Notes: generated by a model not told the origin, from the letters alone. Positions 1 to 13,156 are shown, counted from the first letter of the stretch. The stretch is DNA of 64,000 nucleotides from Stegostoma tigrinum (GCF_030684315.1 NC_081391.1:14051342-14115341); one strand, 5' to 3'. Program-made: numbers and translations.

Positions 1-51
1 TTTATTGTCATTTTCACAGAGAAATATTTCCAGGATTTGCACTTGTGCAGG

Positions 52-237
52 AGGTCAAAGGTCAGTCAGCAATTCCATCATCGACCAGTTGTCAATTCTG
101 ATCGTTTTCTGGATCCAATTCCCATCCTGCACTGATTGGACGTGGCAGCTGATCAATTGATGAATGAGAGTGATCGGCCATCACTGATGATGTCATTTCC
201 TGCTCAAGAAAATAAAGGGCTGCTGCTCGAGTATAAA
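52..237 (+). promoter_or_regulatory. Ferritin A1 promoter: DR1, CCAAT elements, TATA
   Basis: AGGTCA-A-AGGTCA at 52-64, CCAAT/ATTGG motifs, TATAAA at 232-237. The block is conserved in front of 7 of the 8 copies. Confidence 0.7.
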
Positions 238-334
238 AATTGTCCCAAGAGAGCGATGTTTATGGTGTAGTTGATCATCTTTCTAAGTTTGTTATTTGAT
301 TTTGGAGGAAAAGGAAATCTATTTTCTTCATAAA

Positions 335-3300
335 ATGGCCTCCCAGATCAGTCAGAACTATCACCAGGATTGTGAAGCTGCTGTCAACAAGCAGGTTAAT
401 GTGGAGCTCACTGCCTCCTATCTCTATCAGTCTTTGGTGAGTTTTGTCTTGATGGAGTTGAAATTAAATCTATTCTGCAAAAATGAGCTGATCCTCTTGT
501 TTCTAATTAACTTCATAGTCTTGTAGATTTGAGGAGTTTAAGTTTGCACCTTGAAAAATCATTTTGGGATAAATGTAATGCCCTTTGGTGACAATGGATT
601 TTGATATTGATGTGCAGTATCTAATTCACCAGCTGGGATTGAGTGATAGATGGAGGGCAAATTGTTCTGTCAATTATTTTACAATTTACTGCCAGGTCTC
701 TGCCTGGTGGTAACTGTCGTTTTCCTCCCCAGAATTGACCAAACTTTACTAAAATTAGATGTAATGGTGTTGGGAGTTGTAGGCACCCCTTGGCTAGTCA
801 TCCTGTAACATTTTAATTTACCTTGATCACACTTAATTTGTGCTCTGATCCTAAATACACATGCCAGTTTCCATTCTGTGATGGAGAATGATGGCAGTGA
901 CTGGCTTCTCTGAGCATATGCACTTGTAACTTGCATTGAGGAGGCCTCAGATGTGGACTAGTTGGCTTTCTGCATTCTCAGTTCATGAATGGACTGTTAG
1001 TGGTCAGGAAGTCACTTGTTGTCCATTCCTCCAATAGATCAATACCCTCCTGTGAGTGCATGCACAGGGTGTCTGGAATAACCTGAGGTCTTCACTTCAC
1101 CAAAAAAGGTGAAGAATTGGAGTTTCAAATTCCCACGGTATGGGAAATAGTGCCTTTCTCCAGGGAGCACTGTGCCTATGGCCTCTCAAAATGGCAGGCT
1201 ATAATGGTTTGTAAATGTTGAAGCAGCTTTTGAAGGCTGCTAGATACCTGGTAGATAGTGGACACTGGGAGTGCATTCACTCACTCCCTTCAATGAGGTG
1301 GGCTGCTCTGTCCTGCATAGTGTCTACTTTGTGCATGTTGCAGCTCCACTTCTTGGGAAAAAGGGAGAATATTCATCCCTCCATGGGGCTTATGTCTGAG
1401 AAGCATTCTCTTCCCACTCTGAGGATGAAATCCCTGTACCCTTCCCTTTAGCAGGTGGGAACAGCTATCACCAATAAGCCTGTTGGGTCTTAACTGTTAG
1501 TGGTGTCCCATATCAATTGGGCAGCATGTGCCCAAACAACCTACTATTGTATATCTGTGAGATGCAGCTACCCGAGAAAAGCCAGAGAAATTTACATGAC
1601 TGTTTTTTGACAAAAGAAACTTCTCAGCCTGATCAGTTGGAACTAGATAACCTGCTCTAACAAGGTGTAGAGCTGGATGAACACAGCAGGCCAAGCACCA
1701 TCAGGGGGAGCAGGAAGGCTGATGTTTTGGGCCTGGACCCTTGAGAAATGGGGAGGGGAAGGGGTCCCTGAAATAGGAAGGGGTGGGGAGGTGAATGGAT
1801 GAGGGATAAAGAAACAGGTGGTGAGGAGACTCCAGTCTGAGGTAAGGATGGAGCCAATCAAGTCAAGTGAGTTGAGTAGGCCTGTCCGTGGGGATGGGAT
1901 TTGAGGTGGCGGGGGTCGGCGGGAGGTGGGGTGGTGTGGGGAAGTAGGTGGGAGGAAGGACGGACCAGTCGGGGAGGTGGGAACTAGCTGAGCTGTGATT
2001 GGGGGAAGGGAGATCTTTCAGCTTAAGTCCTCACTGATACCATTGGGCTGCAGGGTTCCCAAGCAGAATACAAGGTGCTGTTCCTGCAACCTTTGGGTGG
2101 CATTGGAGGCCCAGAATGAACATCAACTGTCCCCTCCTGCCCCTCTGAAGGGGAAGTAGTTTGTGACTGGGAGGTGCAGCTGCTGGTCACGAGCCCAGCA
2201 TAGGCACTCCACAAAGTGGTGTCAAGCCTCTGCTCGGATTTCCTGATGTAGAGGAGGCCACATTAGGAGCAGTGGATACAGCATACCTAACTGCAGGTGT
2301 GTAGGTCCACTTCATCTTGATGTGGAAGGTCTTGGGGCCTGGGATGAGGGGAGGTGTAGCACAATCTGTGTGGCAGGAAAAAAGCCCTGGCTAGTGGAAT
2401 GTACAAGGGAATCAGTGGTCTCTCCAGAAGGCAGCTAAGGTTGGAGAGGTAAAACATGTCTTTGTCAGATTGTAGATTGTATAAGTGCCAGAGGATGATG
2501 CACTGGGTCCTGGCATTGAGGTGGTACTGAAGGATGAGAGGATTCTGTTTTGGTTGTGTGAGGGATAAGATGCAAGACCGGTTGTGTTTTTCTTCCACTA
2601 AAGGGAAGTTACGCTCCCTCGGAAAACGAGGACATCTGGGATGCCCAGGAGTAGAATGCCTCCCCTCGGGGCTGGAGGTGAAGGAATTGGATTAGGGGAT
2701 GGCGTTTTCCTTCCACAGGAAGGTGGGTAAGGTGTATTCTAGGTAGCTGTAGGAGTCAGTAGGTTTGAAATATATCAAAGATTGATAGACAAACTTAAGG
2801 TTGAGGTAGAAGGCTCTAATGAATTAGAGGAACCGTTCAAGCTCCTTTGTGGGATGTAATGGAGGAAGATGTGGAGTTTATGGCCCATCTCCCTGTAGAA
2901 GGATTGTTCCACAAATCCTAACAGAAGCAGGCACAGCCTGGGCCCATGCAGGTGCCTATGGCCACCCCCTTCCTCTGTAGGAGGTGGGAGGAATTGAAGG
3001 AGAAGTTAGGGGTGAGGATGAGTTGGCTAGTGGACAAGGTTGTTGGTGAATGGGGACCAGTCAGACCTGCAGGATGAGAGAAGCAGAGGGCCTTCGGCTA
3101 TCTCCATGGGGAATGGATGAGGTTGGAGGCTGTGGGTGGGAGGTCATCTCCAGTGAAGTTGTAAATGGACTAGGAGATGGTTTGGTGGTCAGGGGTGGAG
3201 TCATGATGAAGGGCGGGGTGGTAGGAGGTATCGGCTGCTCTTCCACACAAGTATATGTGGCACTCCAGCTCCTGGCATTTCCTTAAACCCTGTTCAGTCA

Positions 3301-4907
3301 CGAACTTCATCCAATTCTGATGGTGCTTAGAGTGGAAATGCTCTTCTCTCTACAGACAAGAACAGGCATGGTCAATTCACAGGTTTTGGTCAAGGAATTT
3401 CAAGTTTGCCTGGTTACCAGGAGGAGGCGAGGGTTGTTTTTGATGATCCTTGAACTGGAGCTACTGGCTAATTGGACAATGGTTCTCATCCACCTTGATG
3501 TATTTAAAAAAACATGTCATGTTTATTGACTTCTCAATTTGATTGAAGGCTAAACCAGTCATGTCTGGCACCAATTGCATAATGTTTAATGGTTGTAACT
3601 TGTTTTCTCCCAGATGTCCTACTTTGACCGGGATGATGTTGCCCTCCCCCATGTCTCCCAGTTCTTCCAAGATCAGTCCCAGGAGAAGCAGGAACATGCA
3701 GAGAAGCTGCTGAAATTCCAGAATCGGCGTGGAGGCAGAGTCCTCCTCCAGGATGTGAAGGCTGGTGTTGGGTTTTTGGGGTGGGGGGAGTTGGGTGGTA
3801 GAGAGTGGCTGCTCCTCAGGGATGGCACAGTGACTCAGTGTTTACCATGCATGCCTCAGTGCCAGGGATCCAAGTTTGGTTCTTGGTTCTAGGCTCCAGT
3901 GAACGACTGGAGTTTACTTGTTCTTGCCATGTCCACATTGGCTTCACGGTTCAATGACGTGTGGGTTAGAAGGATTGCCATTTAAAATGCAGGGTTACAG
4001 GAATAAGGTGGGATTGTTCACAGAAGGGACTTGTAGCGACGAACGCAGTGGCCGTACCTGCTGATCGGGGATGAATAAAACGATGTAGTGACCTTTGTTA
4101 TTGTCACCATGTGTCAAATAGCCTGTTCCCATGCTGCAGAGATTCTGAAGCTTACCTGTCCTTCTCTCCATCCCCAGAAGCCAGAGAGGGCTGAGTGGGG
4201 TAACAGCCTGCAGGCAATGCAGGTTGCCCTGGATCTGGAGAAGAATGTGAACCAGAGTTTGCTGGATCTCCACCAACTCGCCACAGCCCAGACTGACCCT
4301 CATGTGAGCTTTCCCACCTCCTCGTTCTGATCACTGCTAGGCCCTCAGGGCAACACCTCATTGGTCTTTTGTAGATTAAAATTCACTGGGATACTTTGAT
4401 CACAATATCATATCTGAACAGTATGTTCATTTAATCAACATTAAAACAGCTCAGCAATGAGCTGAAATGGGAATTTGGATTCAGTACCACGAGTGATGTT
4501 GGCCACTGAATTCACTTTCAGGTCCACTTGCAGTAGAATGATCATTGTCTGTCACAGTTCAGCTCGGCTCCACTTCACAAACAACAAGGTGCATCTGGAA
4601 TGCTACTGTCCTCCCTGGCGCAACATCTAGATGTCAGTGGCTTTTCCAGCTGTCGAGAGCCAGTTATGGTGGGGTCTGTTTCGCAGTGGGAATTCTGAAA
4701 ATTTCCTGGATCATGCAAATGTACCAAGTTGCCATAATTCCTCTGTTGCAGCTGTGTGACTTCTTGGAGACCCACTATTTGGATGAGGAGGTGGAGATCA
4801 TCAAGCAACTTGGGGACTACATCACCAACCTGAAGCGCCTGGGAGCCCCTGAGAATGGGATGGGAGAGTACCTGTTTGACAGGCTCTCCCTGGAGGACAG
4901 CAGTTAG
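335..4907 (+). CDS. Ferritin subunit (L/M-like), copy A1; 4 exons, 176 aa; non-canonical GC donor after exon 2
   Basis: Exons 335-436 ([34 protein letters not shown]), 3614-3760 ([11 protein letters not shown]...[10 protein letters not shown]), 4178-4303 (KPERAEW...TDPH), 4752-4907 (LCDFLETHY...EDSS*). Vertebrate ferritin exon layout. Intron 2 begins GCTGGT rather than GT. Poly(A) hexamer is the variant AGTAAA (5035-5040). Confidence 0.85.
1659..3234 (-). mobile_element. Degraded Penelope-like retroelement in intron 1 of A1
   Basis: The minus strand near 2220-2287 translates as [20 protein letters not shown], a decayed GIY-YIG endonuclease motif. The terminus matches the palindromic elements at 7433 and 19084. 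Possible CTGCTCT target-site duplication at 1652-1658 and 3235-3241. Confidence 0.75.
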
Positions 4908-7429
4908 TGTGGCCTGGAGTACTGTCTGCTTGGTCTGAATGCATTCCCCACTTCACCCTGGGCAATCTGTCTCCTTCCAGGGAGAAGGGACTTGTAGCAA
5001 AGAATGTAATGGCTGTACCAGCTGAATGCAAATGAGTAAAATGATGTGTTTATCTTGGTTCTTGTCCATCATTCAGACAGCTGGACGCTGCAGGTTCTCA
5101 CCAATAGGCCTATGGGAAGAGATATCAGGCTCTGCTTTCTGCCCAGGTGCAGGAAACAGCTCAGCTGGGACTGAGATGAGTTCAACCTGACTCGTATCCT
5201 CCCAATGGGCCCTGACATGACCAGCATATTCTGTTTTACATTTGCTGCCTTTATCTCATGTGGACACAGCCTAAAGTTACTGGGAGCCGGTGAAGGTTCA
5301 AACCAAGGCCAGTACTGGTGGGCTGAGACCTACCCTGCCTTGTTACAGCCTACTGTAGTTGACAGCACTGAACAGTTCATTCCTCTGGTTGTGGGAGTTA
5401 AATATGCTGCTACCCTGAAGGGATCTTGGTGTAATTACCCTTAGCCTCGAGTCAATTCTCCTAGGAGCATTCTGAAGCTGGCCTAATGTGGCTTTTGTCA
5501 GTTTACTTTCTCTGACCTGTTCCAACACCTTCATTGCTTTTCTCACCCCTCCCACCACCCCACTCCTAGCAATAAACTTCCACCCTGCCAGTCTACAGCT
5601 GGGAAAATTCAGCCCCAACATTGACAGCACCCATATTCCATGGAGTTAGCTCAGGAAATTATCTTGAACTGTTACATGCTCATGTATGAGCTCAATACCA
5701 CTTCGAGCACCATCACTGTGTCTTTTGGAGTAACACAGCAACACTCGTGGTTCAATGCTGCCATTTGATTGGCTCTTGCTGCTAAAGCCAGCATTGAGCA
5801 CACTAAGCTGCTCCCTTGGTTCCTCTGTGCTTCACACACGCTGAGGGTTACTCCTGATGAAGGTAGATTTCACCCAATCACATTGAAGCATCAGTGCGAC
5901 TTGGAGAGGAGACCGTGAGATGCTGACTTTCCTGTACGACTGCTTCTTCTATCTTTTTGAGGTGTCAGAGAGATGATGGGTTGAGGAGGGGGTGATCAGA
6001 GCCAGCCTGGGGATTGTTCCAGGGAGTTGTGTAGCGAGTGCACACTGCAGCTTTCACTGAAGGTGTGGGTCGTTCAGGCACTGAATGTATTTGTTCCACT
6101 ACATAAAGTGTTTTATTTCAAATAATCTTGAGTCTTGGCTGTAGAATCTGTGAATCCGTGCAGTGCAGGAAGAGATTGTTCAGCCCATTTAGTCTGCACT
6201 GATCCTCTGTCCTCTGAACAGCATCTTGTTCAGACACACCCTGTCTTCTTGCCCCCATCTTTCTATCCCACAGCCATTGCAAAGTAAACTGCATGTCTCT
6301 GGACTGTGGGAGGAAAGGAACCCACACAGACACGGGGACGATGTACAGCCTCGTCAGAGTCGCCCATGACTGGAATTACATGTGGGTCCCGGGCACTATG
6401 CAGCAGCAGTGCTCATCAGTAAGATACCATGCCCCCTAAAGTAACAAAAACAGGAGAAGGTGGTGAGGAAAGTAAAGCAAGCTTTTCCTTTATAAGATGA
6501 GTTCCCAGATCAGTCAGAACTATCACCAGGATTGTGAAGCTGCTGTCAAAAGGCAGATTAATGTGGAGCTCACTGCCTCCGATCTCAATCACTCTTTGGT
6601 GAGTGCTGTCCCTGTGGGGTTAAAACTTGATCTATGTAGTTGAAGTAAATGTTTTCTCTTGAATTTAATTAACTGGACCCTCTCTCTTTGTAGATTGAGT
6701 TTTGTAGTCCTTTCCTAAATATTAATTCAGGATAAGGGCAATGTTACTATACCAATGGGGTTTGATAATGATGTACTCTGAAGCTGGGTCCCAGTTGGCC
6801 TTCAGAGATATGTGGAGGATGAAGTGTCCCTGGAGAAATTTGCCAGTTTGGTGTTTGAATTGGCAGTAGATGTCATTCCCTCTAAGATTACCAAATGTTG
6901 GTAGGGTTACTTCAGAAAGGTATTATATTGATCATACTGTGGGACTAGAATCACCCACTGGCTAGTTACCCTCTTTCTGACAGGTTTAAGTATCTGATTT
7001 TATATTTGCTTGCTTTTGTGGTGATACTTAAATATCAATTCTGATATTGACAATGATAATTCCCTATTGCAGTCTGCTGTGGCTAATCTGAGCAAACCTA
7101 CTTGAGGTTAGGCTGTGAGTGACTGGTATCTGACTTTTTAAAGTAGATCTCAGCTGAGACCTGCTTGGCATTTTGCACTCCCATCATGAGATGGGTGTGG
7201 CCTATCCCTGAACCTGTAGAAAGTTGATCTGCTTTAGTGTGTGGCGTGTTGAAGCTTCTGCAAACCATGTTTGCCTCCTGCCCCCTCACCCACACCCTGC
7301 ATCCCCTCTAGCTGCTGGAGTCTGAGATTCATGGTCCAGTCTCTATGCCATCCTGATAGGGAACAAACTGTCCCCTTTAGCCAGGTGGCAGTGAACCTGT
7401 AACTTTCCAATGGGTAGAATGTTTCAGAC

Positions 7430-7634
7430 AGTAGGAACAGCAGATGCTGGAGAATCTGAGATAACAAGGTGTAGAGCTGAATGAACACAGCAGGCCAAGC
7501 AGCATCAGAGGAGCAGGAAGGCTGATGTCTTGGGGCATGACCCTTCTGAAGGTGGGCCTAGGCCCAAAACAGCAGCCTTCCTGCTCCTCTGCTTGGCCTG
7601 ATGTGTTCATCCAGCTCTACATCATCGTATCTCA
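7430..7634. mobile_element. Older Penelope-derived palindromic insertion in intron 1 of B
   Basis: Imperfect inverted arms (tgtagagctgaatgaacacagcaggccaagcag / ctgcttggcctgatgtgttcatccagctctaca), flanked by a duplicated gggtagaatgt, with decayed hammerhead-like centre. Absent from the matching site in copies C and E. Confidence 0.7.
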
Positions 7635-7830
7635 AGGGGTAGAATGTGTTTGGAAGTTGTGTTGAAGTAACCTTGGTGAGTGCTGCAGGGGACCTGGTAG
7701 ATAATGGACCCTGAAAGGAGGTGGTGAATGCAGTCCCCATCAAGTGGGCTGCTCTGTCCTGGATGGTGTCTGCATCTTGAATGTTGCAGCTCCACTTCCA
7801 CAGACACATGGAGAATCTTCTTCACTCTCA
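7635..7830 (-). mobile_element. Ancient LINE ORF2 C-terminal remnant in intron 1 (ancestral to the array)
   Basis: The minus-strand peptide [14 protein letters not shown] resembles a LINE ORF2 C-terminal motif. The same remnant occurs near 1290-1380, 14460-14680, 32220-32450 and 58235-58460. Confidence 0.5.
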
Positions 7831-10800
7831 GCTTTTGTCTGTTAGAAAGAAGATGTCTCATGACAGATGGATGAAGCCCGTATAAACTCCATTTGGGAGG
7901 TGGGTACAGCTTTCATTGGTGAGCCAGTTGACGGGTTTTAATTACTGACCAGGGTCCCATTTCCCTTGGGGAACACGTGTGCCAATTATAAAATCCTTCC
8001 TATTCTCTCCTGCCACAGCTTGTCCCTACCCCGTTAAACAGACAAGAAATTTTGTTTGACTGCTTCTACATGAAGACAATAACTTCCCACCAGGCTTCCT
8101 CGACAACAAAACTCTTAGCTCCTGTTTCAAATATCAGAAGAATAGCCCTTCATAAACCTCAAGGCATTGGATTGTGAATATCTCGGTTCGGAAGTGAGTC
8201 ACATATGGGTGGACAAACAACAGAACGGTGCCAGCTGGGATAAGCCAAACTTTGTTGTCCAGCTTTGTGTTAACTAGTGACGTTAGATCAGCCATTATCT
8301 GTAGATACAGGTCACATTGGTTCTTTCTCTCCAATATTTGACCTTCCCTCAGTTTGATTCAATTTGTTTTGTTCATGTGACCCTTGTTCTCCCCCTTCTG
8401 GATGTGAGTGCACTAATTTTAGTGTGCTATAAACTATAACTGCAACAATCCAGAGGCAGTTACTGGGTAGGTTTTCCTTTGCACTATCTTGTTGTCGCTT
8501 TCTCTCATTCGCCTCTATTATATCTTGTAGTCATAAAATATACCGTACATTCAATCTCCCTGGTTTTGAGGCCACAGAAACCTTGCTTCCTCCTGGTTAT
8601 ATTGTTACAGCAGTGTCTAACATGTATTTCCATGCCAGCCCCAAAGGAGCAATAGTGTTACAGCTCCCCTACTCAAGTATAGCCTGCACTCCAGCTCCTG
8701 GTGCTTGTTTCAGCTGTTTGTTTGGCACTAATATTGTCCAATTCGAATGAAGGTTAGTGAGTGCAAACATGGCTGGATACAAGAAGAGCTATAATGCTGT
8801 GCCAGGCAGCCTGAGCAATTTACTGTTTGTTTTAAGCCAAACTTTTGCCAGTTTCCAACAGGAAATTGGGATTGTTCTGTTTGATCCCAGTTGAAGGATC
8901 TGCTGGACAGCTGGACATCATTGGGTTCTCAAACATGTTCACATACCAGGCAGTTAGTTTGCTGCAGAAGGCTGAACTAGAATTTGGAGTCAGTGCTGTG
9001 TTTAATGGGCTTTAACATGTTATCTCCCTTCCAGATGTCCTACTTTGACCGGGATGATGTGGCCCTCCCCCACTTCTCCAGGTTCTTCAAAGATCAGTCC
9101 CGGGAGAAGCAGGAACATGCAGAGAAGCTGCTGAAATTCCAGAATCAGCGTGGAGGCCGAGTCCTCCTCCAGGATGTGAAGGTTGGAGTTGGGTGGGAGG
9201 GTTGCAGCTGTGGAGGAGAGAATGGCAGCTCTTGTGGTGCTGCGTCCTGTTGGGATGTGAAAATCCTCTTTTGGCATGGCTTCCCTGTTTGATTTCTTTT
9301 GAAGGCAGTTTCTAAACAAGCCCTATTGTCCACCATGTCTATGCTGCCCACAAACATCAAACTAGATTAACACAATTTCCTGCACTTAGTCCACAGCCGA
9401 CTATCTTCTGGCATGAAGAAGTTGTTGAGATTAGCCTTCAATGTTGCTGGAGTAACTGCCTCCACTGACCCCACAGGTAATGCATCCCATACCTCTCCCA
9501 CCCTCGACTGGGTGGGTGGGTCCTCCAATCTCCTCAAACCTGTGCCATCTGGTCTTCATGTCTGCCATGGGGACTGTGTATTGTCCATCCTCCCTGATCT
9601 TCCACACTTCCATCAGATCACCATCCCAGGCTATCCAACCTCCCTCTCATCATTGTATTTTTGTTGTCTTTTTTTGCTTCCATCTTGGGCCAACATCCTG
9701 ATGACCCTCACCTGTACCCCCTGCAGTGCCACCTTGTCCCTCTGATGGTGGTTCTGGTCACCACACTACATTCCATCTTTGGTCTGGCCAATGCTGCCAT
9801 GTTTGTGGCAAGACTCATCCTTTCTACTGAGCCCCAAATCATGGAGACCAGCATCATGTCAGCCCCTTGCCCACTCTGTCTACCTTTGCTGAACCTTGAG
9901 GGATGGACTTGGGCATTTGTTGCTTGTCCCTTTTACTGTAAGCACATTGCTCCCTTCAATGAATTAAATAGTAGTGATGTCTGATCATCCTGCTCAGACA
10001 TGGATGAAGCCACCAGCACAGGTGAGACATAGATGCCTGGCCTGCAAGGTGCAGATTGGTACTCTACCTCAAGAGCCCTTGAGACTAAGGTGTCAATGTC
10101 CTCATCTAAATGCCAAATGGGCACTGGTGCAAACAGTTGAACTTTGTGTGAAATAAATCCCTAGCCCACAATGACTTCATGCTTCAGATCAAGGATAAAT
10201 GGAGCAAAGTGAAGTCACTTCACAAGTAATGAATGTGGGTTTTAGGGGTGGCACAGTTGCTCAGTGCCAGGGACACAGGTTTAGCTCTGGCCTCTGATGA
10301 CTGGTGATTACATGTTCAGGTTTCTTCCTACAGTCCAAATATGGGCAGGCTGGGTGAAGTAGCCATGGGGGAATTGCAGTGCAAATGGCTCAGGTAAATC
10401 TGAGATCTTCTTCAGAAGGTTGATTGCAGACTCAATGGGCTGAATGGCCTGCTCCCATGCTGCGGCGAGTCTCTGATTCTGAAGCTTAACTGTTCCTGTT
10501 TCCATCCTCAGAAGCCTGAGAGGGATGAGTTGGGTAACAGTCTGCAGGCAATGCAGGTTGCCCTGGATGTGGAGAAGAATGTGAACCAGAGTTTGCTGGA
10601 TCTACACCAACTCGCCACAGCCCAGACTGACCCTCATGCAAGCTTCACCTCTTCATTCTCATCACTGCCAGGCCTCCTCAACTTCATTGGTTGGTCTTTG
10701 TGGAGTGGAAATTCACAGACGTAACTTTGTCCAGATGCTACATTGTACCTTTGTCATCATAATTATGATGACAATGTTAAACTGCTCAACACCGAACTGA

Positions 10801-12649
10801 AATAGGAATTTGGATTACAGTCTGGTGGGAATGCTGATGTGACTTTTTTGACTGCTGAATTGGGGATTGTTGCACTATACAATACAACTTGGAGCTCTTT
10901 AAGAAGGTGAGATGAAGCAGCTGAAATGTGCTCACTGGCACAAATTCTCCACCTGTTAGCTAGATTTTCAGGGCTGTCTAGAGCTCGTTATGGCTCAGTC
11001 TTTTTCAGTAGGAATTGTGAAGTTGTCTTGGATAGTATAAATGTACCAAGTGTCATATTCCTCTGTTGCAGCTGTGTGACTTCCTGGAGACTCACTATTT
11101 GGATGAGGAGGTGGAGATCATCAAGCAACTCGGGGACTACATCACCAACCTGAAGCGCCTGGGAGCCCCTGAGAATGGGATGGGAGAGTACCTGTTTGAC
11201 AGGCTCTCCCTGGAGGACAGCAGTTAGTGTGGCCTGGAGTACTGTCTGCTTGTTCTGAATGCATTCCCCACTTCACCCTGGGCAACCCGTCTCCTTCCAG
11301 GGAGAAGAGGCTTGTAGCAAAGAATAATGGCTGTACCAGCTGAATGCAAATGAATAAAATCATTTATGATCTTGCTTATTGTCCATCATTCAGAGCACTG
11401 GATATTTTGGGAAATGTCTTATTGAGCTTGAAGGCAGTTCTCTTTCTGTAATTTGGCTGACCCAATTACTAATTGGACATGAAAACAACCTTTCAATGGA
11501 TGTATTTACTCACTCTCGATCATTGCACAGTAACTAGACGGACTTCCTTTTTCTCATGACACAGGAGACTCGAGACTTTCCCCTCTAAGTAGGATGAGGT
11601 TGGTGTTTCCCCAATTGTGGGGTGGAAAATCTTCCAGAGGTCAATTAGTACACTTCTGGATACTCTAGGTTCAATTGTCGATCAGAACTTGTCTTCCTTT
11701 TTGAGACAGGAAGTTCCCGTACCTGCTCGAAGGGATAAACCAGACGCCCATTCCATAGGATGTGGGATATCTACGTTCAATGCCAGGTTTCCCTTCCTAC
11801 AGGCTCCCCTCAGTCACCACGAGCAATGAGATTTGTCACTCGGACGATAATCTAATGGGAAGACAAGTCTGTGATTTGGAGGCTGGATCAGTTGACAAAA
11901 TGCTGGCGGAAGTAGATATATCAAGTTCTGCTCTAAATCCAGTTGCAGGAACCAGCTAAGTTAGGAAAGACACAGGCTTGACTCATCTGGTGTAACCTCC
12001 CCAGTGAGGCCCTACCATGACCAGTATTTTCTATTCTCAGCGTTGTTGTTTTTGGTCTCCTGTGGATGTAGCCTAGGGATCTTGGAGCCGGTTATGGATC
12101 AAAGCAGGACCAGCACTGGAGGCCTGTGACCTTCTCTTTCTCCCCATCTCTTGTTCCAGCCAACTGCAGTTGCACCCCCTACCCGGTTAAATCCCTCTTG
12201 ACATTTCTGAGGGAGGGTGGCTGGACTCACTGTAGGTTGGCTTTTTCATTCCTCCATCTGAGTAACATCGACCGCTCCATCTTTGCTCAAGAAGGAGTCA
12301 GTTCACACTGGGGCTGAGCTTTTCCCAAGAGCAATCCAAAATTGTCTTTCATGTGCCATCCTCCCCTTCTTCCTCCTCCTTTCTCCACCACACCCCACTT
12401 CTCTCCCAGCATTCACTCCAACAAGCTACCCAGCCCAGATCTGGGAAAACTCAGCCCAAACGTTCACAGAAGCCATTTACCAAGAGGTCAGCTGGAATTC
12501 CCCTGATCTGTATGGGATTACAATGTCTGCTCTCGATGCTAACAACAGGAAGTTGTAGTTTTTGCTGTAGAATCCCTCAATGCGGGCAGATGCCATTCAG
12601 CTGATTAAATTTGTAATGACCTACTGAGCAACCTCCTGCTCAGGGACAC

Positions 12650-12908
12650 CCTGTTCCCTTAATCCCACATTTCCCATGGCTAATCTAACAAATCCGAATG
12701 CCCCTTGTCACTGTCAGCAATTATCTTTGCCAATCGACCTAATCTGCAGCCCATTGGACGAGGGGAGGGAGTCGGAGCAGATGGTGGAAACCCATGCAGA
12801 CACAGGGAGAATGTGCAAACTCCACTCATGTTGCCAAAGGCTCGAATTGAACCAGAGTCCCTGTGGCTGTGACGTAACAGTGTTAACCACTGAGCCCCCA
12901 TCACGCCC
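12650..12908 (-). mobile_element. tRNA-derived SINE (HE1-like)
   Basis: Contains acccatgcagacacagggagaatgtgcaaactccac...gaattgaacc...ttaaccactgagcc (reverse-strand A/B-box-like head). Degraded relatives lie near 6270-6435, 20095-20275, 28160-28385, 37370-37510 and 46710-46865. Family assignment is from memory, not from a search. Confidence 0.65.
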
Positions 12909-13156
12909 AAAAGTACCAAACAAAAGGGGGAGGCTGTTGCACAGTCATCAAGTCGTACATCATGGAAATAGACTCTTCTGCCCACACAGTCCCTACAGAC
13001 CAGGTTTCCAAAACTCTGTAGTGCCATTTGGCCCATCTTCCTCGAAGCCATTCCTTCCCCCATAAGTGTCCAAATGTCTTATCAAAGTGGTAATTATACG
13101 TCTATTTTATTCTCATTTTCAGCTTGATAAACTTATACAATTTGTTCTTGCACAGG

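Larger units (their letters stand above)
6497..11227 (+). pseudogene. Ferritin copy B; promoterless, probably a pseudogene
   Basis: Exons 6497-6598, 9035-9181, 10512-10637, 11072-11227; reading frame open. Exon 1 reads ...ASDLNHSL (Y32D, Y34N in human H numbering), exon 3 has conserved W changed to L, the intron 3 donor is GC (10638), and the DR1/CCAAT/TATA promoter is missing upstream. AATAAA at 11353-11358. Confidence 0.75.

Noticed and set aside
7519-7580. Additional hammerhead-like motifs (also near 1717-1745 and 42172-42200)
   Set aside because: The catalytic core boxes are mutated (CAAAAC instead of CGAAAC, broken CTGANGA), so these are inactive relics.
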